NCBI GenBank assembly: GCA_030704615.1
Contig: CM060731.1
Location: 34,658,001-34,722,000, forward strand
Direction of reading: 5' to 3'
DNA from: Takakia lepidozioides
Lineage: Eukaryota; Plantae; Bryophyta
Length of the DNA: 64,000 nucleotides
Positions 12,827-26,950 of this stretch are shown here, piece after piece (positions within the stretch are counted from its first letter, which is position 1; each line of letters opens with the position of its first letter). The notes under the pieces are model-generated. The model searched no databases and was not told the origin of the DNA. It worked only from the letters and a program-made list of their open reading frames with translations. Both the position numbers and the translations under genes were made by a program.

Positions 12827-15729
12827 TACATGCACACCAAGTATCCATATGTCAGATCAGTAAGAATCGGTACAATGGTTAGGGCTACATTTTCAAATAC
12901 ATCGAACTAGGACCACCTACCAAGAAATTCAACATTGGAGAGTAGCGTGGGTCCGAGGAGTATATATTCTACATGTTGAACAGCAGAGCTGGTCCATGGA
13001 TCTGGTTATCCTCGAAATATTCCTCCGAACAGAATTTTGAGATGTATACATCATTTTCACCAGAACTACCACACTGTATGGATCCGCACTATCCAAGATC
13101 TACGAAAAAAATCACACTGGAAACTAGTCGGAAAACGCATATGACCTGACCTGACTCCTAAACTCATGTCACTCAAACACTTCGCAATACTACAGGAGCA
13201 CCGGAGTCTCGACTGACTCCTCTGCCAGCTGATACAGCCCTAATCTAATCTCTAGATGGACTCCATGTAAATCCATCGTCTCAACACGCTACAGAGAACA
13301 AGACATGGAATTCAATGCAATCAAAAGAGCTTTCGCATCACCTACTCAAGGGAAGAGCGGGATGAGAGTCGAGCAGACTCACTCATGTGCAACTGTACCC
13401 ATAGAATTCCAAGCTGCTGTTTGCTTTGCTTGCGCTTGTGCGACTCCAATCCACGCTCTCGTTCCTCTCTCTCGATGTATGTCAGTGTTCATCAACCTAG
13501 GACTTAGGGTTTATATGCAGGAAGCCTTGGTGCATAAACTTGCCATCTCCTGCACGTCTACAGAGCGAACAGTTTCGAAGTAGTTTCGATGGTGACTTCC
13601 CCCCACGCCCCTCTATTTCGCATGGCCTCGTCATCATCATAGCAGGCCCACCTAGTGAAGCTCGCAGGTGGGTTGGATGAGCACCTTAGATTCCTCGGTC
13701 CAGGCAAACCCGCCGCTATGGACGCTACTTCGCATCGACTCTCTCAGCTCCAATCCAGGTTAGTGATTTGGCCCCTGCAATTGTCATCCATCTCAGGCTA
13801 TGGGAAGAATTGCCCTCTCCGTTGCCTCCATTGTTGGAAGGAGAGGTATGAAGTATGAAGCCCCTGCGTTAAAGGGCAGTAATTCCGACACTTCAAAGGT
13901 AGTGAGTTTCTTTCCTTCCGTATGACTGGTGCTATTCCACACGATCCATCATTTGGCAATGCCTGCGTTTTGCGGGTCTGATGTGGATGTAAGTATATAG
14001 ATTGTTCACTGGGGGGTCGCAAAATAGTATGGCCGATGCTTCCATCTCACACTGTCCTGCTCACAGCGCTCGTAAGAATGGACGACGCCATTGTGTGCAG
14101 CAGAAGCGGGACAACATCTTGACCAAGAGTTACTGGGGAATGCTCCTCCATTTCCAAATTTTCAGGACTGGATTAGCTCCGAAAGCAACGCCAGCAATGA
14201 AGCAACTACAGTACCGGCGGCTGGAAGATGTCATGATGTCAGCTTGTTCGGGTCGGGGGTAACCATGCTTTCAAACGTGGCAAGGGCTTTGGGTACTCGA
14301 CAAGGATGTCGCGGAAGGAGAGTCTTCTTCATACCGAAACAAACTTGGCTTTGGTCGTCTTCATGTCTATGGCCACGGAGTTTTGCTCAATTGTAGTTGG
14401 TTCTTCAGCTGGTCAATAGCTATTGCAGGAGGCGGCAACATGTAGTACACTAAGGCGTACACAATCACCGCTCCAACCCGCTGGCCAAATGTAGGCCACT
14501 CCATTGGAATTGCAATAGTGCGAAATGCGACCGACTCTAGCAACATCTCCAGCACCATTTCTCCAATTGGAACAGGAATTTTACTGTGTTGGACTACTAG
14601 CCGAGGCTAGCTACAATTCCTGATCGTATGTGCAAAGTCTCCTGAAGAATACAAATCTGAAATTTTATACAGCAGCTTTGAGACACTGTTGAGCTCGAGT
14701 TTTATCATCGTAACAATCCAAGAACTGGGCAATCTCAATATTGGCTAGTAGCTGGAAGATGTTTGCTGAAAATTCTGGTCGGGTGGTGGGGCCCACCATC
14801 TCCATGGACTACCTCGACTACCTCCAAGGAGATAATAGCGTTAGGACTAGGAATTTTTTTGGAAGTGAAAAAATTATAACTATCTTGATGCAGGTAGTTT
14901 CATGACTACCTCGAGAAGGAAAGAAGGACAGAAGCCCTCCCTTTCTCTTTTCTATGGTCGTCTTGGCTCTCCGCTTTATCTAGGGTTCATGAAACTGTTG
15001 TAAGGAAAAGAAAAAGCCGTAGCGGTTTCAAATGCGGAGAAGCTCGGTACCCATCTGAACTCTTGATTGCATGTGTATTTGCTCTGGCTTGTGTGAATCC
15101 ACATGCATGGGTTCGGGATGCTTTAGTAGTTTGTGGGATTGTTTTTCATGCGGTATGTCGATGTGCGAGGAAGGTGCTTTCTGAGTAAAAAATTAAACGT
15201 CCGCCCTCAAATCAACAACCAATTCCGTGTAACCGGTTCTCTGAGCTATGCGCCAGCGCAATGGAATGTCATACCCTGGGCATGCATCCCCAGGACCAGC
15301 TCCCAGTAACCTGCTGGGACTATCTGTCAAGGGTCGTTATGGATAACTTACCACACGGCCCTCGCCGTAGCCCTGGACTTTAGAAAGTTTCTAGTTTCTC
15401 TCTCTCTTTAGAAATTTTGTCACTTGGCAAAGCCCAGAAATGTGGCCAAGTGTGCACTCAAGCTCTTGCCGACCGTAGATAGCTGATCAATGTGATGTCC
15501 CCACTATTCGTTGTTGTGGTTCTGTGTATCTCTTGCTGTAAATTGATCTGTTTTCAAGTTTTCTCAGCGAGGGTGTGCATCGTGAGTAGAACGTCTATTT
15601 AATACGGGACTAGTGGACAGACATGCAGATATACAAACCTAATTATCCAGCCTTTCAACCCAAGTCGGGTTTTCTAACTACTTTCGAGGTGGCTGTCACG
15701 TTTATCACTAACCGTAGAAGGGTAATGCC

Positions 15730-16560
15730 ACTAACCAGAAGATGCATAGATCCAGAGAAAAGAATTTCTGTCTAGAGATAAACCCCTCTGACAGGAATCA
15801 AATGCCTGCATCACCAGAGTCATAGAAATACTCATTGACTGTTCCATGGAGTGAGAGACAGACTTATTTGACCATTTCCTGTGAACTTGTTGCCATGTTA
15901 GGGCAGAGTCCCCCTGGAATTCTAATCTTCCTGACCCTGGTAGTTGGGATTGAGCCCACCAGGGTATCTGAGACTTATCCGAATAGGAATCATACAAAGT
16001 GATTGGTTAGTTGATATATGAGCTAGTTTAGACATGATGCTAGAAAGCACAATGTTGATTCCATCGGCAGGGAGGTGCCTAGAGAAGGGCAGCCCATTCT
16101 GTCCCTTGCTTTCATTGGCACTGTAGTTGTTGACATTGATAAATCCTGAAGATATCCTAACACTGGCAACACAGTGTACCATGCAGATAGGCATACGCAA
16201 ATTGGAAAGGGCTTTAAGCACCATTATGCGGCTCTTTTAAGATTCGTTTTTGGAGACATTGGTGTGAGCAGAAGGTTTGAGATTTCGACAATGGTGGCTC
16301 ATGATGATGAATAAGCTTGGCTTCAGACACTCTTATTCTACAACTTGAGTGATTAGAGGATAGATAGACAGTTACCCTTTGCTAATTAATTTGTTGGTTT
16401 CATTGGATTTGTTGAAGATGTTGCCAATGTGCTTTAGAGGCCAAGAAAGACAGGGAGGAGGGAGGGCAGTTACACTCCCGACTCATTTTTCCTTTCCTGC
16501 AGGGGGTGCTCTTAATAAGGGAAACTCAACCGTATTGAATCACAGAGTCATAGATAGAAA
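15730..16560 (-). mobile_element. Degraded LINE reverse-transcriptase remnant
   Basis: Fragmented ORFs with RT-like text (VLKALSNLRMP..., QG/CPFS-like, RYLG-like); many stops and frameshifts. Confidence 0.4.
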
Positions 16561-16571
16561 AAACAGAGACA

Positions 16572-17721
16572 ATGAGTATAGCAAAGTGGCAAAAAGTTGT
16601 GGAGCTGGAAGAGGAAAGTACAAGGGGAGCCTCAAGCGCAAAGAGTAAGGAGGGGCCATGGAGTAAACTGCCTGAGGATGTGATGGAGAAAGTGTTTGCA
16701 AGCCTGCCTTTGCACACCCTTCTTCGAGTGCGTGCTGTTTGTCTTAGATGGAAACGTGTTATCTCTTCCTCTGCTTTTACAAAACTTTATGCACAAGTAT
16801 CTCCCAAGAGTCATTGGTTTCTCATGTTCCCGCGGGGGAAGCATCGGGGGAGGGTTGCAGCCTACGACTCTACCCTCAGCAAGTGGCATGAGCTTCCGTT
16901 CAAGCTCCTACCTGTTGAGTTTGAGTGTGTGGCATCAGCAGGAGGGCTACTTTGTTGTAGGAGTACCCAGTCTCTTTTCTACCTTTTTGTTTGCAATCCG
17001 ATGACAAGGACTTTCCACAAACTTCCCAGCAAGCTGCAGCACCACCAGGATCCAGCCATTGGTATGGTCATTGACAGAGATACTGGAGGATACAAGGTGA
17101 TAGTGGCTTTAGATGTTGTAAGGAGGGCAAGTAATATTGGGTCTGTTGAGATCTATGATTCAACAAGCAAGCTTTGGGTTCTTAAAGATCCCATACCTTC
17201 AGACTATTGTGTGAGAATGGTCACTTATCCCCACCCTACCTTTCACAAGGGGTCTTTGCATTATGGCCTCTCGATTGAGGGTGACTTTATTTCGTATGAT
17301 ATAGAGCGCGAGGTGTGGAGGAAGGTTCAGGGATCACCCCTGATAAGACCATCATATCTGGCTCCTCATCTTTTTTGGAGCCAAGGACGGCTTTTCTGTG
17401 TCATTCTTACAGGTGAAAATATTCGGGGCTTGGTTATCAGGAGCGTGAAGATATTTGAGCTGCAAACCAGCCCAGTGTTGTTGGAAGTGACCAGGATTCC
17501 TCCTGCTTTTGGGGAGTATCCACGATCTATCACAGTGGCTGGCCATATCAACTCAAATGTTATCTGTCTCTTCTCAGAATTGCCCTAGAATTTTATTGTA
17601 CAATATGTCTGAAGACTCTTGGGTCCGAGTTGCCAACTTCCCAGATCGTAGTAATCATCTTCCACAAGTAGGTCCTGAGTCAGCATTTGCATTTGAGCCT
17701 AGGCTGGATAGACTCGTCTAA
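16572..17721 (+). CDS. F-box/kelch-like protein with a frameshift near 17585 (pseudogene or assembly error)
   Basis: F-box WSKLPEDVMEKVFASLP...RVRAVCLRW; ASAGGLLC; VCNPMT; EIYDS. The C-terminal FAFEPRL lies in the +1 frame. Confidence 0.85.
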
Positions 17722-19537
17722 CACTTTTTCTGTTTTGTGTAAATCAGACAATATTAGTGCTAGTCTTTTGGTTTGCTCTCTATCTCTGATTTGCAGTGCA
17801 AAGCCAGCATAGCCAGCTGTCTCAGACAAGAGACCATCAGTGTTGGATTGAACTTTGTACTACCATGTCAATGCCAGCCGTTGTTTGCAGTTCGGTCTGA
17901 ATTTCACCTACTTTAGGAAGGTTATTACTCTGCAGGGATCCTACTCCCCGTGTTCTTTGCGTGTCTGCATTGTGTGAGTGAAAATTTGTTTGGTTAAGTT
18001 TTGGTCGAGTACTCCTAGTCTGGTTTTCCTTGTGTTGTGCTGCAAGTTCTGCAACAATAGATGCTTCAAATTGGATTGCATAGATCTTCTATTTTGGTGA
18101 GTTGGATGGCAGTCACACTCACTAGTGATTGAAGATGGGTGAGAATGTATGGGCTTTGCTACCACAGCTAACATGTGTTGTGCGCATGATTGGAAGGACT
18201 TCCAATATGGGGGACCTTCATGTATCTTGCAAATCAATTACATCTGTTAGGCCTTTTCTCACTCTGTTGGGCACCTCCTGACTGGAGTTATGGTTTGAGA
18301 AAAAGGAAACTTCAGAATGTCCTTGGAAGTTCCAAGAGCTTATGGAACAAAAGAAAGAACTCCGTTCAGGCAGACAGTGTACTCGCTCACTCGGTGAGCC
18401 TGCAATCCACTGTCTGCTACCGGCACAGAATCTATTTCTATTTCTCTTCCACATTTGCTTGAATCTGGATCCTTACCCATCCACGAATCTTCGACTACAA
18501 ATGTTCCGTCCACGTCCATCCAAACGGCATCGCCGCTAGGGTTTCGTCGAGGGGGGAGAAGCGGCCATACGGCGAGCTCAGTGTGCACGTCGGGGTTTAG
18601 CTCGAGGGAGCTCGAGGGAGGGATTCTACTCAGGGATGGCGTCAACTATGGGGGCCGTGTTGAGGGTCTCCTCAACTATTTTTCCATGTACTTCTGCAGT
18701 CTCTCCTTCTTCTCGCAGGGATTCCGATTCCCATAATAATAGGTGACCCTGAATCCATCATGCATCTCCTCCCCCTCTCCGGCTCTTCCTCTCCGTCCCT
18801 CGTGTTGGGAGTGGTTCAATCCTCGTGTTTTTGAGTAGAAAATCTCCTGCTACTGTGAAAATGAGAGTATGTGAATTGCTTACCATTCGCCATGAAAATG
18901 ATATTACTGTCCTAGCAGAGGACAGGATTATGTCTCCAGCACATTTTTGTCAACAGTAGGAAATGAATGAGCCGCCTGCTAGATGTTTAGGCTGTAAGTT
19001 AAATTGGAAACTTACAGGTGAAGTTGAGGTCTGCTTTGATTGAAAGATATGTGTTCGCTCTCTAATCCCTAGACCACTTCACCTGAGTAACATGTGAAAT
19101 TGCTGCATGGGATCACAGATTAGTAACGGCAAACTCGGCTGGATTGTTTACTAGAATATCGAATACAGGGGTAGGCGCTCTCCAATCATGCGTTGACGGT
19201 GCTCTCCCCCCCCCCAATCTACGGTGTCTCAGGTGGGAAGTTGCTTGTCGACATACTTTCTGTACTTATGAATAACCACACTCTACCACATTCAGGCGGT
19301 GGTAGGGATGCGTATTGTTGTGCGTTTTGTGTGGACTTCTAGCACTTGACGATGAAATACTCTGACGTAGCAATCTGCAATTTTCTCCCTGTGCGTGTGT
19401 CTGTATCGACAGTACGAGATGCCCGAGCAGCTAGATATTTATCTTACAAGTGGTTATCAACTCTGCAACTGAATGTAGGATTAGCTGGTTGTAAACTTGT
19501 TTGTTTTCCTGCGAGAAAACATAATCGGAATTGCTCG

Positions 19538-22500
19538 ATGGTGGAAACAGGTCGACAACGAAAAGCTCAACTGGGGTCGACAGGTTGGTTTTGAAAACCT
19601 CAACTGGAGTTTTTCCAGAAAAATCGAATAAAACGTTAGGTGCTCTTCAATTACTCTGTGATGGTGCCCTCCCTTTCCCCCAACGATCACTAAGAAGCAA
19701 GTGCAACCACCGAGCTGCGACTGCTGACTTCTCTGACTCCGGCTCTGAACCTGAGTCCTGCGCACGGGTTTCTACCTCAATCCCAAAAAGGTTTCTACAA
19801 GGGATAGATTGGCGAAAGGTCTGTTTAGTGACTGTAAGCATTGGCGCACAGACTGCTGGGCTGCTGCTGTCTGGTGGGGATGGTGGCATGGGAGGGGGTT
19901 TTGTTGGGTGGGCGGGTGGGGGGGGTGATGGAGGGGGGTGGCATTGGCAGTTGGGCAGTGGATTCGCATGGGCGGATGCAAGGAATGAGGATGAAGGTGG
20001 GGAGACATATGACCCACATGGGCTGCAAGTGGGACGGAATGTACCACTCAGCAAGTTGAATCCTGCAAAGCGGTACCGGGTCTCCGGGGTGGAGTTGATT
20101 GATAAGCGGACACGGCAGGTCATCAATGCCAAGGACCCCTTCTATGAGCTGGTTACCCTAAGGGCCGGTGGGGTATCAACCAAAGCTCAGTTGGAAGCTG
20201 AGGTGGAGAATCTGATGAACTGTGGCATGTTTCAGAGTGTTGAGATGGAGGGGGTGACCCAGCTTGATGGAAGCTTGAAAATGCAAATTCCATTTGTAGA
20301 GAGCCAGTGGCAGCCAGCGGATTCATTTAGGTGTGTCAATGTTGGATTGCTCTCTCAGAGCAGAGCCCCAGAACCAGATGTCAATCTCACTGATCAGCAG
20401 CGGGAAGAGCTAGCAAAGGTCCAGGAAGAGGAGTACAAGAGCCGGCTGCGTCGGGCTCGCCCCTGCATGCTTCCAAAGAGTGTAGAGGTAATTTGCTTGT
20501 TTTATACTCTTGATATTGGGTGCTATATGTATTCTAACCATTTTCAGATGCCATTGTTTACTGCACTAACAAAGGATGTTCTTTGACAGCGGGAGATCTC
20601 AGGTTGGCTGCGGGGTGAGACACGGGTGACAGCGCGCATGCTGCAGCGCATTCGGGATCGCGTTCAAAAATGGTACCATGAGGAAGGCTATGCATGTGCA
20701 CAAGTGGTCAATTTTGGGAACCTAAACACCAATGAGGTTGTGTGTGAAGTAATCGAAGGAGATATTACCAAAGTGCAGATTTTGTTCCAGGACAAAATGG
20801 GGTTTCCCTGTGAGGGCAACACACGCCAGAAGATCATACAACGGGAGCTGCCTGATCAAGTAAGACCCGTCTCTGAAGCTTGGCTATTGCCAGGGATTAC
20901 TTTGAAACCACAAGGCACATAGGGAGGTGGCGTCTATCAGTTTTCTTCTCCTTGGTTGGAGCATTTTTGTGCTTGATTTGCCTTCGGAATCTGAGCCATA
21001 TTGCTTACTGGCCATGTCTTTCTCGAAATAAATGTTTTTAGAGGAGCCATGATAGATAAGTATTACTTGGCAAGTTGTGGGCAGGTGCCACCCAACCCTC
21101 TTCACCTGCCAGTAGTGTGGCGAAGTGCCTTGATCAGTGCTGTGGGTGCAGGATGCCAGCCATATGTGATCTTTTATTATCCAGTCTTCCTGTCTTCATA
21201 ATTGCAAGGAGGTGATATGACTTGGATGTCTTTGTGTTGGCATGTGGGGTGGCTCTGCACATATCAACAGGTGGTGTAAATGAGAGCTAATAATAGTGTA
21301 GGCTATCGCTTGGGATTTTACTTTTAACGACTGTCACAGTTGTAAGAACCGGCGTTCTCCAGTTGTATCAACCTTCAGTTACTGTAGGCTCCTGGAAGTT
21401 GCTGTTAGAAGTTGTGGCAATGAAAGGTCCCAATTTTTCTCTTTTAATGCCTCACACATATAGAAATTGTGCCTGAACCTCTGTTTACCAACTTTGAAAG
21501 TCTCGAGGCTGAGCCAAAAGCCCAGGCCCTTTTGGGGCCTAGTTATTGGGCAAACCACACACTGCAGATAGATGCTTGTGTGGAGGGATTTCTAGAGGAT
21601 ATCTGGAAAACTCAGATTAATTGTCTGTTCCAAGGTAAGTCATACTACCTACGCCAGCCCCTGACAAAGGTAGTTTCTGTCCCTTTGTATTCCATTCAAA
21701 CTGAGCGTGGGGTCAATGACCACAAGGCTACGGCAAACAACGTCTGGATAAAGTCCATTATTGTCTTTCCTTCTGTTGATGGGACTGGTATGTGTGTAGT
21801 TGAAAGGAGGCCAAATCTTCAACATTGAGGCGGGAAAGAAGGCATTGAGGAATGTGAATGGGCTAGCATTGTTTTCCAACATTGAAGTCAATCCTAGGCC
21901 TGATGAGGAGACCGATGGAGCCATTGTGGTAGAAGTGAAGCTGAAGGAGCTGGAACAGAAGACAGCTGAGGTTAGCACTGAGTGGAGCATTGTTCCTGGG
22001 AGCTCTGGACGACCTACCCTGGTATGCTTTTGTTTTATTTGTATATTGTTCCCTGTTGTCAAACTTTGCATGGAGTAAGTGCATAGTTTTGTTGCTATCT
22101 CCCCCCCCCAACCCAACCCCAATCTCTCACCATGCTTTTGCCCAGGCAAGCTGCTGAATGCATAAGATATGTATCGATTTTTAATTTTTGTGGATCTTCC
22201 ATATCATTAGCTATATTGTGAAATCTCTGTTGTGGCTTCGTTGTGGTAAGTTAGATTATTCTACAGACATATATATATATATGACGCCTCCCAAAGGATT
22301 CGTAAAATATGGTCTCTCATTATGGTGTCTCTTGACCCCGAAGGGCTACTGCCTTCCGGCAGGAACTTGGACACCTTTGTGACACCAATTGCTGGATTGA
22401 ACCCGCAACCACTTCCGAGGTGGTATGTCCCCATTACCACTGGGCTTCAACTTGGTTGTCTCTGAAGGCATAAAATTGTTGTACATGATCAAGTGCAGGC

Positions 22501-25283
22501 GTCAATTCAACCAGCTGGGAGTGTTACATTTGAGCATCGGAACTTACAAGGGTTGAATCGATCTGTACTTGGCTGCGTTACTTCAAACAACCTCTTTAAC
22601 CCTCAGGTGATCCTGGGAAACTGCTGGGAGATTCTTTCTATCAGTGAGTAAGCTATGTCTTCAATGGCAACAGGATTGTTCCAAATGTTTACAGGATGCC
22701 CTGGAGTTCATTAAAAAACTTCACTAGATGATGACTATGACATTTGGTCATTGGTCAGCTGCTAAATGCCTTGGCACAATTGTCTAACCTGTGTGTCAAG
22801 GAATCAGGTGTTTTCTATAAGTCAATAATCTAGTTTCTGTCCAGCTCAGTCAATACCATAATGGCTGCATGTGTCCAAGGGTATGAGTTGGGATATTGTG
22901 CGGTAAGCCAAAAGAAGAATACTCCGAGTTTGCAGTTGTAGCCAGTAGGTCACGGCAATTATCAACTTAACTGTTACCAGATTGTGCACAGATAAGTAGT
23001 TGTAACAGTATCCGGTTGTGTGGTGTGTCTGAGCAAGGTCCCACTAGATTGAAGAAGGTTTTATATCCTGGTGCTGCTTCCAGTTATAATTCGAGATTCT
23101 CCATTGATCATCGAAACACATTGTGTGACACTTTTTATCCGTGGGCAGGATGACCTTGGATTCAAGGCAGAATATGTGCATCCATATATTGATGGGGTTG
23201 ATGATCCCCACAACCGCACATTTCGGGCCAGCTGTTTTAACAGCCGAAAACTGAGTGCCGTATTTACAGGGGGGCCGGGGGTAGAGGAGGTGCCCTCTGT
23301 ATGGGTAGACCGTGCTGGCTTCAAGGCAAATTTGACTGAGGTTTACATCTGCCTTTCAATGAGTAATTGTCCTTCTGCTTTTTTGTTTTAGTTAGTTTTA
23401 TCATGAGGTATTCAACTAGATGGGCTCTCTGTTTTCACCCGTCACTCAATATATGTCTCGGACCTGTTAGTATGCCCTTGTAAAGTGATGAGATTGACAG
23501 ATGCCAGGTATGTCCCATTCCCACTTCAACTTATCAGCCATCTTTAAGCTGAATGAACATTCTGGCCTCAGGGTTCTAAAAACCATGCCAATGGGTCATA
23601 CAACTGTCTATTAGGTTGCTCAGAGTTGTTATTAGAATTGTGCCTAAATAAGATGGTATGAGTTTGTGGGACATCACTTGCTCTGTCCCTAGTCCAGCAT
23701 AATCCTGAATGATATGGTGTGTTGTCAGAAACAGTAAACACCCAATCAGTCTTAGAACCTGTAAACAGCTCATCAACATTTCGGATGTCTATAAGCATGC
23801 CTCTATCATTTCTGGCTCTTACTTTGGAATCCCACCCTGTGCGGTTAACTTTGCAGGGTTTCTCTGTAGTTTCTGCTGATAACTGGAATGTTTGTGCATG
23901 CCTGGCTTTTGTGAAGCAGAGTTTCTCTCGCCAGAGTAAGTTTACCTACGGGTTGGTACTTGAGGAAGTTACCACAAGAGACGAAACAAGTTCTATCTGC
24001 ACTAATGGTGCGCGTACTTTACCTAGCGGGGCTCTCACATTGGATGGGCCCCCGACCACGCACAGTGATACAGGCGTTGATCGTATTGCGTTTTTGCAAG
24101 CAAATCTTACCCATGACAACACACGGTTTGTGAATGGTACACCAGTGGGTGCTCGAGACATTTTCCAGGTCAGTAGCTGCGTATGTTCTTTTGTTTCAAG
24201 AATGTTGATGATTGAGAAACCTTGTTGTTGTCTCACATTCTCTTCTGGGCATGCCCTTTGCACACTTATGTGTCGGTGTGTAAGTGTTCAAGAGAAAAGT
24301 GAGAGCGGGTCAGTGGACAGACAAGGAAGGTCCAGCTTGATTGCTAAGCGTAGGAATCCCAGATCTTGCATAAATGGAAGGACTTGCTTTTAATGGGAGG
24401 CATGATGATGCAACATTGCTCCAGATGGCTGTCCAGGCTTTTAGTAGGCCTACAAACATTGAGTAATTCAAAGGTATGTGAAAAGCAAAGTGCAACGTTT
24501 TTTGATGATCACTCCATTGTACTCCTGTGTTTCGGTTGACTGATACATCCTTTTCATCATTTTTCTATTGTTTACTGTGCATCCAGGTGGATCAAGGTCT
24601 TGGAGTTGGTAGTAAGTCCCCTTTCTTCAACCGGCACCAAGTTACAGTGACACGCTTTGTCCAGTTGAAACAAGAAGACCAACAGGATCCAGAAAACCCT
24701 CCCCCAGTGGCAGTTCTGCATGGGCGATATGGAGGTTGTGTTGGAGATCTTGCAAGCTATGATGCCTTTACTCTGGGTGGACCTTACTCCGTTCGTGGTT
24801 ACAACATGGGAGAGCTTGGTGTTGCTCGTAACTTTCTTGAGGTAGTGACCCCCGCATATCCCCTCCTTTAGGAACAGTCTAGCCAACTAGGCATGTCATA
24901 TGTCCTTTTATTCTGTATTGTTGACACTGTGCTCTTAAGCTATTGCCTTAATGTCAAGTAGTGGTGTTTTGAGAGCACTCGCGTGAGATATATTTTGATA
25001 CATTTATCGATGCTTAATTCATAGATATTGTTTTTATTTGCAGGTTGCAGTGGAGCTCCGGGTTCCAGTAAAGAAGACACATACATATGGGTTTGTAGAG
25101 TATGGCACTGATCTTGGCAGCTCAAAGGATGTACGAGGAAATCCAACTGAGTTTTTCCGGCGTGCTGGCCATGGAGCTTCTTATGGTCTAGGTGTGAAAC
25201 TAGGGGCGGTTAGGGCTGAGTATGCAAGGGATTGCAATGCTGGCACGGGTTCAGTATTTTTCCGCTTCGGAGAGCGTTTCTAG
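19538..25283 (+). CDS. TOC75: Chloroplast outer-envelope channel Toc75-III; exons ~19538-20487, 20590-20859, 21800-22021, 22499-22606, 23149-23340, 23920-24168, 24587-24841, 25044-25283
   Basis: Polyglycine stop-transfer stretch, POTRA region (KWYHEEGYACAQVVNFGNLNT), LGGPYSVRGY, C-terminal FFRFGERF; all introns GT-AG. Using ATG 19538 needs one extra base near 19590. Confidence 0.93.
21467..21760 (+). mobile_element. Truncated LINE 3' fragment in TOC75 intron 2
   Basis: Inverted copy of 25490-25770 (PLFTNFESLEAEPKAQALL...FLEDIWK). Confidence 0.7.
22283..22460 (-). mobile_element. tRNA-derived SINE in TOC75 intron 3
   Basis: Minus-strand A box AGCCCAGTGGTAA and B box GGTTCAATCC at Pol III spacing, with an (AT)n tail at 22269-22282; no clean TSD. 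Confidence 0.5.
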
Positions 25284-25479
25284 GTGCTTGCCTTTCTTTT
25301 AGCCCATGGTCATTTTGTAGGGTGATGTCATTTTACTTGTAGAAGTTCCATGTATGATACAAGAAGATACATGTTTATCAGCATGTCTGGGTATGCGGGT
25401 TCTTCTGTGTCCGGGACTTGAGCCTGGTGACAATGTTTGTCCCAACCCCATGGCAGAGAGGGGAGAGAGCGCAGGTGAG

Positions 25480-26950
25480 ATTGTACTCATAAGACGTTGT
25501 TTGCCGTAGCCTTGTGGCCATTGACCCCGCGCCCAGTTTGACGGGAACAAAAGAGACAGAACCTACCTCTGTCAGGGGCTGACGTTGGTAGTAAGACTCA
25601 CCTTCATATATAGAATTAATCCGGGCTTTCCAGATATCCTCTAGAAATCCCTTCACACAAGCATCAATCTGCTGTGTGTGATTTGCCCAAAAACTAGGCC
25701 TCAGGAGGGCCTGGGCTTTTGGCTCAGCCTCAAGACTTTCAAAGTTGGTAAACAGGGGTACAGGCACAATTCCCTTGATAGATTTGAAGAGAGCGTCTCT
25801 TTGGTGAGAGAACCCCGGACAGTGTATCAGAAAATGAATACTGTCTTCAGATTGCCCACACAACAGGCAATTGCACTCTCCCTTTCCTCTCTGCTTCTGT
25901 TTGCTGTTCAAAGGTAGGCTTCCTGCCCTTGAGTTTAAATTTCAGTCTAGTGCCGAGAGTGGGTAGACCCTTGAGGTCATCCAAGATGTCCTCCCCCATG
26001 TCACTGACTGGAAACAAGTTCAGGGAAGTTTTCTGCCTAACTTCATTTTCATCAGACAATCTAATGGCAACAGACATGGCTAGAGCGCAGGTGAGAGAGA
26101 GTCTGGAAGGTTTGCATCAATTAATCATGTGTCCTTCCAAACATGGCATTGGGGCATACCGTTAGGATCTCAGCATTCTGACAGAAGAGGTTTTTGCACA
26201 GCTGCAATTCTATAGATTACCATTTCTCACTACGGTGTTTCAGTTTTTCGAAGTTGATGCAGGTGTTCATTTTCTGATTTTCTGTGGCTGTTGTGTAGAA
26301 GTTTCTACAGGCAGAAGGATCGTGTTTCCTTGCACCCACTAAGCCAATGTAGTGGGGTAAGGAGGGTTCCAGGACTGTCTTTGGTGACAATGCCCACTAC
26401 TGGAAAGAGCGGCCCAAAGATGTGTTTTTGTTTGGCCATGTGTAATTTTGCTACCCAGGGCCAGATGTGCCTGGTCATGTTCCTCTGAAACTTGATTAAC
26501 TTTCTCATGGGGTATCCCTTAGATGGATTTTGAACAACAAAGATCAAATGGGGAATTTCCTTGAACAACGTACTTATAGCAAGAGTACGATTCTTTGGCC
26601 ATTTTTCCAGGAGTATTTGCAAAATTGGCCACAAGTGCTCCTTATCAAACCTCGTCTTAAATGAAAAAGGCTTCAGCAGACAAAGGTGTCGATTACATTC
26701 TCGTTGACTGCCATGTTAACTTCTTTGGGTATGACTCTTGGAGCGTCATGTTAGGTGCCATTAGCCAAAGAAAATATGAAACCTCGATCACATGGATCCA
26801 CGGATTTTAGAGACCCACCAAAAGACACAGATGCACGTCCATACCTTTCTTGGGTCTTCCTGGAGACTGGGTAGGTGTACTAAGCATTGCAGGAAAAGGT
26901 CTCGGGCCTGGATTGGGCACGCTGGACTCTCTGCTCCATAACCTTCCCCC
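25480..26950 (-). mobile_element. Degraded LINE 3' part (zf-RVT zinc finger)
   Basis: CLLCGQSEDSIHFLIHC CCHC motif typical of LINE ORF2 C-termini; broken upstream frames; 5' limit approximate. Confidence 0.65.

Noticed and set aside
13600-15700. Short ORFs between SDR copy 2 and the LINE remnant
   Set aside because: No recognisable domains or splice structure.
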